Assembly: GCA_964561365.1 (NCBI GenBank)
Contig: CAZLPF010000002.1
Span: 10,068 to 74,067, forward strand
Origin: an uncultured Candidatus Saccharibacteria bacterium
Lineage (GTDB): Bacteria > Patescibacteriota > Doudnabacteria > UBA920
Direction: 5' to 3'
Length of the DNA stretch: 64,000 nt
In this document: positions 57,310 through 64,000 of the stretch, piece after piece
Position numbering within the stretch: the stretch's first letter is position 1
Layout: the number at the start of each line of letters is the position of its first letter
Notes under the pieces: generated by a model
The model's database searches: none
Seen by the model: the letters and a program-made list of their open reading frames with translations, nothing else
Told to the model about the DNA's origin: nothing
Position numbers and translations under genes: made by a program

Positions 57310-57406
57310 CTGAGCCTTGCGGCCGGCTACCTCGGCCGCTATACTCACCGCGTGAAAGCTGTGCACCGTGCACAGCTTTTCAATTTCCGAAGGGGGAAGC
57401 AGATAC

Positions 57407-58795
57407 ATGCAACAGCCAATTGCTCTTTTTGACCTAGTCGGCGCGCTTGATTTCCGAGCGCTCCGAAAGGATCCGGGAGTCCGAAAGTTTTTGAGCGAGC
57501 GGACATTCGTCGCCGACAAAGCCAGGGTTGAGCTCGCTCTCGTAACCACCTACGCGAACTACCGCCTGTGCGATCCCGAGGTTGTTGAACGCGTTGCCGC
57601 AGCGTGCGCCGCCGTTACGGCGGAAGAAGTTTACGAGCAAGAAGATGAAATTCGCCACGACATCCGCGCGCTCGTGCAGTGCATTAAGCGCTCGCTCGCG
57701 AACAATTCCGACCACACCATTGTGCACCGCGGGGCGACGTCGTACGATATCATCGATACGGCGTACGCGCTCATGTTCCGCCGGGCCGTCCGCGAGCTGC
57801 TCATCACGCGCCTCAAGGGGATTGCCGCCCGGCTCATGGTCATGGCGCTCGCGCACGCCGAAACGGTACAGGTAGGACGGACCCACCGCGTCCACGCGGT
57901 GCCGATTACCGTCGGACACTGGCTCGCGGGTTTCGTGAGTCGGCTCGGGAACTGCATTGAAAACCTCGACCGGCTCGCCGGTGAACTGCGGGGGAAGTTC
58001 AGTGGCGCGGTTGGCGTGTACAGCGCGACCTCGCTCTTCGTTCCTGACCCTCGGCAGTTTGAGCGAGACGTGCTCACCCAGCTCGGCATGGAACCGCACG
58101 AGCACTCAACCCAGATTGCTCCACCCGAACGCGTGGCCCGCCTATTGTTTGAGGTCAACCTGTGCCTCGGGGTCCTCGCCGACCTCGCCGAAGACGTCTG
58201 CCAGCTCCACCGGCCCGAGATCGGTGAAATCCGCCTGAAGCCTTCCGGAGCATCTTCGTCGGCCATGGTCGGTAAGGAGAACCCGGAGGGTTTCGAGAAT
58301 GTCGTCGGTACGTGGAAGCTCACGCTCGGGTCCATGGTCGGGGTGCTCGTGAATCTCGTGTCGAACCACCAGCGGGATCTGTCGAACTCGATCGGCATGA
58401 GAACCTACTCGCAAACCATTGCCTGGGCGGCGTACCAGGCCGCCAGGTTAGACCGTGAGCTTGATTCGGTCATCGTCGTGCCCGAGCGGCTCGCGCAGAA
58501 CCTTCATCTCACCGGCCACTACACGCTCGGCGAAGCGCTCTGGAACTCGCTCGCCGCGCACGGCCACCCCGACGCGTACAATGCGGTCAAGCCGCTCGTG
58601 GTGAAGGCCAAACAAACCGGAACGCCCCTGTGGCAGCTCGCCGAAGCCGATGGCGCACTTGCTCCCTACCTGGCGCAGTTCACCGAAAAGCAGCGAGCGG
58701 CGATACGGAACCACGCCGACTACCTCGGCGAGGCCGTGGGTGTAACTCAGCAGGTTTGCAATCGTTGGCAGGAACGGCTCGGTCTGACGGCCTAG
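57407..58795 (+). CDS. purB: Adenylosuccinate lyase (divergent)
   Basis: RHDI, HRGATSYD, GRTH..HA, KFSGAVG, SSAMVGKENP signature, HQRDL. Confidence 0.82.
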   Translation: MQQPIALFDLVGALDFRALRKDPGVRKFLSERTFVADKARVELALVTTYANYRLCDPEVVERVAAACAAVTAEEVYEQEDEIRHDIRALVQCIKRSLANNSDHTIVHRGATSYDIIDTAYALMFRRAVRELLITRLKGIAARLMVMALAHAETVQVGRTHRVHAVPITVGHWLAGFVSRLGNCIENLDRLAGELRGKFSGAVGVYSATSLFVPDPRQFERDVLTQLGMEPHEHSTQIAPPERVARLLFEVNLCLGVLADLAEDVCQLHRPEIGEIRLKPSGASSSAMVGKENPEGFENVVGTWKLTLGSMVGVLVNLVSNHQRDLSNSIGMRTYSQTIAWAAYQAARLDRELDSVIVVPERLAQNLHLTGHYTLGEALWNSLAAHGHPDAYNAVKPLVVKAKQTGTPLWQLAEADGALAPYLAQFTEKQRAAIRNHADYLGEAVGVTQQVCNRWQERLGLTA

Positions 58796-58821
58796 CGAGC
58801 ACTCGCTCTGAACACAAATCC

Positions 58822-58850
58822 GGGCCCGGCGGCGACCACCGTCCGGGCCC
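58822..58850 (+). terminator. Terminator after purB
   Basis: GGGCCCGG..CCGGGCCC then TTACCTTTT. Confidence 0.6.
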
Positions 58851-58910
58851 TTACCTTTTGTGGATTGCTTACTTGATCGGTCCCTTGCGGCCTGCTATAT
58901 TCACTTGGCA

Positions 58911-58997
58911 ATGTTAAAGCAACTCAACAGCAGCGTTCGCGTCAACGGTACGGTCGTTATTTCGATCGTCAGCGTTCTGCGTACGCGCTGGGCTTGA
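58911..58997 (+). CDS. Candidate 28-aa leader peptide
   Basis: MLKQLNSSVRVNGTVVISIVSVLRTRWA just after promoter TTGATC-17-TATATT. Confidence 0.45.
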   Translation: MLKQLNSSVRVNGTVVISIVSVLRTRWA

Positions 58998-59016
58998 GCA
59001 CTCGGTAAGAACTTCT

Positions 59017-59052
59017 ACCGCCTGCCCCGCGTCGGGGCAGGCGGTTTGTTTT
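59017..59052 (+). terminator. Intrinsic terminator or attenuator
   Basis: ACCGCCTGCCCC-gcgtc-GGGGCAGGCGGT then TTGTTTT. Confidence 0.8.
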
Positions 59053-59134
59053 AGGCCCCCGGTTGAAGCGAAACCATTCGCTCCTGCCGGGGTCCGGGAA
59101 ACGGACCCACTACAGCATCCGGGAGGAAACTTTT

Positions 59135-59341
59135 ATGGATATGGGACGGCCGAGCATCAGCTGGCTCAGGCAGCAGGTATTGAGCGCCGAGCGCGAGCTC
59201 GCAGGAATGAAAGACGGCAAAGAGCGCCGTCAGCTCGTCGGGAAGCGCGATCGGCTCAAGCGAACGATTAACTTGCGTTTGGAAGAAGAAGGTCTTCCTC
59301 GGAAGAGGTCGGCGTCGTTCATGGAGGCAATAGCATGCTAG
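59135..59341 (+). CDS. Small basic hypothetical protein (SD-led)
   Basis: SD GGGAGG, 68 aa, hairpin at 59370-59394 downstream. Confidence 0.55.
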   Translation: MDMGRPSISWLRQQVLSAERELAGMKDGKERRQLVGKRDRLKRTINLRLEEEGLPRKRSASFMEAIAC

Positions 59342-59449
59342 CCGCTTCCACCCGCGTCCAACCTTCGGTAACCCACGGCACAGTGCCGTGGGTTCCATTT
59401 TTTATGCATTTTCGGTATACTCTTCAGGCGAAAGTCGTTCCCGCGTGAA

Positions 59450-59523
59450 CGGGCTGTAGTATACCGGTAGTACGCATGCATGGGGTGCATGTAGACCGGG
59501 TTCAATTCCCGGCAGCCCGACCA
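59450..59523 (+). tRNA. tRNA-Pro(GGG)
   Basis: CGGGCTG/CAGCCCG, arm CATGC-ATGGGGT-GCATG, TTCAATT, ACCA end. Confidence 0.92.
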
Positions 59524-59540
59524 CGCGTGAAGGAACTAGC

Positions 59541-60044
59541 ATGGCCGAAATAAAAAAACGTCGAAAATCAAAACTGTCCACAGCTGCTAAAAAACCTCCG
59601 GGGTGGCTGTCTGACCGCGAGTACCTCCGGATTTTTTCCCGCGTGCCGCGCCTGTGCGTTGACCTGGCCATTTTGGGACCCGGCGGGCTGCTGCTGGGCT
59701 GGCGCAGCCACGACCCGAGCCCGAACACCTGGAACCTTCCCGGTGGCCGCGTCCGCTTCCGGGAAACCGTAACGAAAGCGGCCCAGCGGATTGCCCGAAC
59801 CGAGCTCGGCGTCGGGCTGCGGGGGATTCGCGTGCTCGGCGTCATGGAGTTTTTAAACGAGGTGGACCGCGGGACGCCGATTCACTCCGTGAGCGTCGTT
59901 GTTTCAGCGTCGCTCGCCGGCAAACTGAAGCCGAACGGCCGCACCGCCCGGTTTCGGCACGTGCCCCGTTCGTTCTACCCGGTGCACCGCCGGTTCGCGC
60001 TCGTGCATGGCCTCATCCGTCCCGGTCCGCATTCGGCCCGCTGA
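59541..60044 (+). CDS. NUDIX hydrolase
   Basis: VPRLCVD, WNLPGGRVRFRETVTKAAQRIARTELG. Confidence 0.8.
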   Translation: MAEIKKRRKSKLSTAAKKPPGWLSDREYLRIFSRVPRLCVDLAILGPGGLLLGWRSHDPSPNTWNLPGGRVRFRETVTKAAQRIARTELGVGLRGIRVLGVMEFLNEVDRGTPIHSVSVVVSASLAGKLKPNGRTARFRHVPRSFYPVHRRFALVHGLIRPGPHSAR

Positions 60045-60085
60045 AAGGGTATACTAGGGTACACTAATTCCGAACCCGAAAGGGG

Positions 60086-60517
60086 GTGTACATTTTGGAA
60101 TACAGCATCAATTACCTCGCGGTGCTCGTGGCCGGCATAGTCGCCGGCATGGGCGTGGGCATGCTCTGGTACGGCCCACTGTTCGGCAAGCCGTGGTCTT
60201 TAGAAATGGGCTGGGGCGGCATGACCCCCGAGCAGATCAAGGCCAAGCAGAAGGCGGCCATGCCCGGCTACCTCGTGAGCCTCGTGCTGAACCTCGTTAC
60301 CGCATTCGTGTTCCTCCACGTGCTCCAGGCGTTTAAGGCCGGGAGCGTCGGCGCGGCGCTCCAGGGCGCGGCATGGATGTGGCTCGGTTTTCAGTTCCCG
60401 CTCCACGTTGGCAAGAAGCTCTGGATGGACAAGAGCTGGAAGCTCGTCGCCATTGACGCGGGCTACAGTTTGGTAAGCCTCGCCGTTATGGCTGCCATCC
60501 TCGTACTCTGGAAGTAG
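60086..60517 (+). CDS. DUF1761-like membrane protein
   Basis: INYLAVLVA, LWYGPLFGKPW, IDAGY. Confidence 0.8.
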   Translation: MYILEYSINYLAVLVAGIVAGMGVGMLWYGPLFGKPWSLEMGWGGMTPEQIKAKQKAAMPGYLVSLVLNLVTAFVFLHVLQAFKAGSVGAALQGAAWMWLGFQFPLHVGKKLWMDKSWKLVAIDAGYSLVSLAVMAAILVLWK

Positions 60518-60540
60518 CCTATACGCAGCCTATGTTTTTG

Positions 60541-60586
60541 CACTCAGCCCCCTTCCTTACCTTCGGTTGGGGGCTGAGTGGTTTTT
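60541..60586 (+). terminator. Intrinsic terminator
   Basis: CACTCAGCCCCC..GGGGGCTGAGTG then GTTTTT. Confidence 0.7.
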
Positions 60587-60626
60587 AGCCTGGACGGTCA
60601 AATAAAATTTCGCTAAAGTACCGCGT

Positions 60627-61907
60627 ATGAAGGCAACCTCAGTTCGGGTTGGATTTTTTTTAGCGACCCGCCAAATCCGCCGGGCGAGCGTCTGGACGAA
60701 CGGGCTCATCGTGTTCGTCATGACCCTGACGTTCCTGAACCTCGTGGTGGTCAACGGCGTGCTCGTCGGGCTCCTCACGGGCTCGTACAAGCAGTTCAAC
60801 GAGCGCTACTCGGGCGACGTGCTCGTCACCGCCCAAGACCGCCTCTCGAGCATTGACCGCAGCCCCCAGATTGAGCAGCTCGCCCGCTCCCTGCCGGGCG
60901 TGCACGCGGTTTCGGCGCGCATCGCCGTCAGCGGCCGCATCCGCGCCGACCTCGACCAGAACCCGAAAGGCAAGGAAGCGCCGAACGAGAACGGCGGTTC
61001 CATAGTCGGCATTAACCCCGAGGACGAAGAGGCGGTTACCGGTTTGTCAGACCTCGCCATTGAGGGCTCGTCGCTCAAACGCGGCGACAGCGGCGGAATT
61101 TTGATAGGCGCGAGCCTGATAAAAGAGTACTCGAATTTCGCGGACGCGAACTTTCCCGGATTCACCATCCTCCGCGGGGTGAAGGTCGGCGACAAAGTCC
61201 GCGTGACGCTCGCGGTACAGCAGCTCGGCCGCACCGTGAACGTTTCGGAAGACCTCACCGTCAAGGGCATCATCAAGAGCAAGGTCGACCAGGTCTCGCA
61301 GCGCTCGTTCATGCTTTCGAGCGAAGTCCGCAAACTCACCGGCAACACCGACCTGAGCGTCCAGGAAATTGCCATCCGCGCCGATCCCGCGCGCGTACCC
61401 GAGGTTGTCGACGCGCTCCGCCGCAGCTCGGACCCGCTCAAGGTCCGCGTCCAGCCTTCGATTGAGGCCATTCCGTCGTTCCTCCGCGACATTGAGCAGA
61501 CGTTCGGGGTCTTGGGCAACGTCATTGGCAGCATCGCGCTCGTCGTGGCGTCGATCACCATCTTCATTGTAATCTTCATCAACGCGGTAACGCGGCGGAA
61601 GTACATCGGCATCTTAAAGGGCATCGGCGTCAAAGCCGCGGCGCTCCAGTGGGCCTACGTTTTCCAGGCGCTGTTCTACGGGCTGCTCGGTACGGGCATC
61701 GGCAGCCTCGTGGTCTTCCTCTTGCTCCGGCCCGCCCTGGACGCCCACCCGCTCGACTTTCCCTTCAGTGACGGCATCCTCGCGGTCACCGGTCTCGGGG
61801 CCCTGGGCCGCGCCGGCATCCTCCTGCTCATTACGGTCATTGCCGGTTTTCTGCCGGCGCGGATGATCGTTCGCAAGAACACCCTCGACTCAATTTTGGG
61901 ACGCTAG
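60627..61907 (+). CDS. ABC transporter permease (FtsX/MacB-like)
   Basis: TM1, large extracytoplasmic domain, RRKYIGILKGIG, PARMI. Confidence 0.87.
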   Translation: MKATSVRVGFFLATRQIRRASVWTNGLIVFVMTLTFLNLVVVNGVLVGLLTGSYKQFNERYSGDVLVTAQDRLSSIDRSPQIEQLARSLPGVHAVSARIAVSGRIRADLDQNPKGKEAPNENGGSIVGINPEDEEAVTGLSDLAIEGSSLKRGDSGGILIGASLIKEYSNFADANFPGFTILRGVKVGDKVRVTLAVQQLGRTVNVSEDLTVKGIIKSKVDQVSQRSFMLSSEVRKLTGNTDLSVQEIAIRADPARVPEVVDALRRSSDPLKVRVQPSIEAIPSFLRDIEQTFGVLGNVIGSIALVVASITIFIVIFINAVTRRKYIGILKGIGVKAAALQWAYVFQALFYGLLGTGIGSLVVFLLLRPALDAHPLDFPFSDGILAVTGLGALGRAGILLLITVIAGFLPARMIVRKNTLDSILGR

Positions 61908-61909
61908 CC

Positions 61910-62584
61910 ATGATTACCACGAAGCAGCTCAAGAAAAGTTTCGGCAGCGGCGACCTCGTGACCGAGGTGCTCCGCGGCATTGACCTGGAAATTCCGGCCG
62001 GCCAGTTCACCGCCATTGTCGGGCCGTCGGGCGCGGGCAAGTCCACGCTGCTCTACCAGCTCAGCCTGCTCGACCACCCGACCTCCGGCGACCTGCGCAT
62101 CGACGGCATGGACGCGCTCGGCCTGTCGAGCGACGAGCGTACCGCCTTCCGCCTCACGCACCTCGGCTACGTCTTCCAAGACTACGCGCTCGTGCCAGAA
62201 TTGACCGCGGCCGAAAACGTCATGGTCCCCATGCTCATGCAGGGGCTCAGCGGCAGCAGCGCGTTCGACGTAGCCGAAGCCGCGCTCGAGCGCGTCGGCC
62301 TCACCGGCAAGGGTCGGCAGCTCCCGAGCCAGCTCTCCGGCGGCCAGCAGCAGCGCGTGTCCATTGCCCGCGCCGTGGCCCACAACCCGAAAATTTTGTT
62401 CGCCGACGAGCCGACCGCGAACCTGGACTCGGCGACCTCGCGGGAAATATTAAAACTGTTTTTGGAGCTCCACGGGTCCGGCCAAACCATTGTCATGGTT
62501 ACCCACGAGCCGGAGTTCGCCCGCATGAGCCAGCGCGTCGTAGAGCTCGCCGACGGCCGAATTACCGGCGATCATAAGCCGTAG
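61910..62584 (+). CDS. ABC transporter ATP-binding protein (LolD/MacB-like)
   Basis: GPSGAGKS, LSGGQQQR, ADEPTANLD, VTHE. Confidence 0.94.
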   Translation: MITTKQLKKSFGSGDLVTEVLRGIDLEIPAGQFTAIVGPSGAGKSTLLYQLSLLDHPTSGDLRIDGMDALGLSSDERTAFRLTHLGYVFQDYALVPELTAAENVMVPMLMQGLSGSSAFDVAEAALERVGLTGKGRQLPSQLSGGQQQRVSIARAVAHNPKILFADEPTANLDSATSREILKLFLELHGSGQTIVMVTHEPEFARMSQRVVELADGRITGDHKP

Positions 62585-62680
62585 CGTTTTATCCACACCC
62601 CCACTTCCGCGCCCGCCCGCGGAGCGCTATAGTTGATTCGGAACGCACAACGTAACCTAAACGTAACGAAAGGGACCCCC

Positions 62681-63097
62681 ATGGCAAAAAAGTTCGCCAT
62701 GCTGTTCGGGATCGTGTTCGTAATCGTCGGCATCCTCGGTTTCATTAAAAATCCCATTGTGGGCGCGGGTGGATACTTTGAGACCGACCTGCTCCACAAC
62801 CTTGTGCACCTCGTCATCGGCGTGCTCCTGCTCTACGGCCAGGGCAAGGGTGAGGCCCAAGCCGCGACCTTCCTGAAGGTCGTCGGTATCATCTACCTTC
62901 TCCTCGCCGTGCTCGGTTTCCTCATGCCGGGCGGCAAGCTCATTGGCCTCGTGGCCGTGAACATGGCCGACCACTGGCTCCACCTGGTCCTCGGCGTGAT
63001 CATTACCGCGATCGGTTTTTCCGCCAAGGGCTCAAGCATGGGCAGCGGCATGGGTACCGGTATGGGCGGCGGAATGCCGCCGGCGCCCCAGGCCTAA
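62681..63097 (+). CDS. DUF4383-like membrane protein
   Basis: VGILGF, HNLVHL, N.ADHWLHL. Confidence 0.78.
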   Translation: MAKKFAMLFGIVFVIVGILGFIKNPIVGAGGYFETDLLHNLVHLVIGVLLLYGQGKGEAQAATFLKVVGIIYLLLAVLGFLMPGGKLIGLVAVNMADHWLHLVLGVIITAIGFSAKGSSMGSGMGTGMGGGMPPAPQA

Positions 63098-63106
63098 CCG
63101 TTTCAA

Positions 63107-63138
63107 AAAATCCCGCCCGCGTTCCGGGGCGGGATTTT
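63107..63138 (+). terminator. Intrinsic terminator
   Basis: AAAATCCCGCCC..GGGCGGGATTTT. Confidence 0.78.
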
Positions 63139-63159
63139 CGTTTCCTGGTAAAATGAGGC

Positions 63160-64000
63160 GTGAACTCGGCAACGAAAAAAGTCATCGTTCTGCTCCTCGT
63201 ACTGGCGTGCGCAGCCGCGCTCGCGGTCGTGTGGCAGCGGTCAGGGCGCCCGGCGGGCGACCGCGGCCCTATTCCGGTACCCGAAGCGCCGACGGCCCCG
63301 GGCATTTCTGGCATTTTAGTCGACCCTGAAGTTGCCACCCGGCGGCCGCTCGCCGTGGTGGTGGAGAACCACCCCGACAGCCGGCCGCAGGACGGCCTTT
63401 CGTCTGCCGACGTCGTCTACGAATTCTTGGCCGAGGGCGGCATAACCCGGTTCCTCGCGCTCTACCAGTCCAGCGATCCGGAAATTGTCGGCCCGGTACG
63501 TTCGGCGCGCAGCTACATAGCCGAACTGGGGGATAGCTGGGGCGCGGTGTTCGCGCACGTCGGCGGCAGCGACCAGGTCATTGCGGCGCTGAAAGCGGGG
63601 GAGTACCAGAACCTGCTGGACCTCAACGAATACTCGCACGAGCAGCAGTTCGCGCGGGTCAGTTTCCGCGGGCCGCCGCACAACGTTTACACCTCGGGCG
63701 AACGGCTCCGGGCCTGGGCCGGCGAGGCGTCGTCCACCCCGTGGCAGGCGCGCGCGCCGTGGGTGTTCTCTGGAGCCCCCGCCGCGAGCGACTCTCCGGC
63801 GTCGGTCATCGCGGTCAATTTTTCTCGTCCCGGCTACGACGTCCAGTTCGAGTACGACGCCGTGGCGAATACCTACCGCCGGCTCTTGGGCGGCCGGCGG
63901 CACGTTGAGCGCGCGGAGGGCGCAGCGGTAGCCCCGAGCACCGTCGTCGTCCAGCTCGTGGACGTTACCCCGGTGCCCGACGATCCGCTCCTCCACGTTA
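63160..64000 (+). CDS. DUF3048 (YerB-like) protein, 3'-truncated by window edge
   Basis: Hand translation: N-terminal TM, RPLAVVVENH..RPQ.GL..ADVVYE..AEGGITRF, GPVRSAR. Confidence 0.85.
   Translation, partial: MNSATKKVIVLLLVLACAAALAVVWQRSGRPAGDRGPIPVPEAPTAPGISGILVDPEVATRRPLAVVVENHPDSRPQDGLSSADVVYEFLAEGGITRFLALYQSSDPEIVGPVRSARSYIAELGDSWGAVFAHVGGSDQVIAALKAGEYQNLLDLNEYSHEQQFARVSFRGPPHNVYTSGERLRAWAGEASSTPWQARAPWVFSGAPAASDSPASVIAVNFSRPGYDVQFEYDAVANTYRRLLGGRRHVERAEGAAVAPSTVVVQLVDVTPVPDDPLLHV

Noticed and set aside
60627-62584. LolCDE outer-membrane lipoprotein trafficking system
   Set aside because: A generic MacB/FtsX-like pair; no lolA or other diderm markers nearby
62589-62597. oriC from DnaA box TTATCCACA (also a near match at about 26933)
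   Set aside because: Isolated boxes, no cluster, no dnaA/dnaN in the window

Overview
A GC-rich bacterial chromosome segment with most genes on the + strand, read with the standard code (TGA used as stop). Gene content points to a Patescibacteria/CPR organism (inference): type IV pilus cluster pilB-pilC-pilM-N-O, alpha2-type GlyRS, LeuRS with inserted domains, almost no biosynthetic genes, and housekeeping genes lacking Shine-Dalgarno (SD) sites. The backbone has holA, typA, a P-type ATPase, zwf, gnd, a xerC-like recombinase, rpsO-pnp, tgt, glyS, nfo, gpsA, metG, tatD, leuS, tsaC, glyA, uppP, parB and seven tRNAs (Arg-UCG, Lys-CUU, His-GUG, Arg-GCG, Arg-UCU, Leu-CAA, Pro-GGG). No CRISPR array, rRNA, transposase or prophage was seen. 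Most notable: (1) about 13 dispersed single-gene modules with a strong GGAGG-type SD, most with their own sigma70 promoter and terminator. They stand out against an SD-less, often leaderless backbone, and two encode small proteins I recognise from memory as Acidobacteria-type, a possible host signature. (2) Eight copies of a covarying hairpin repeat (CCCC-stem-GGGGACCCC) found only downstream of tRNA genes, plus a second structured element in front of two Arg tRNAs. (3) A candidate Val/Ile leader-peptide attenuator upstream of an orphan gene. (4) Two arrays of 10-bp-phased ATYAA repeats. (5) A LeuRS carrying NUDIX and alpha/beta-hydrolase insertions. All family calls come from motif recognition by eye; no searches were run.
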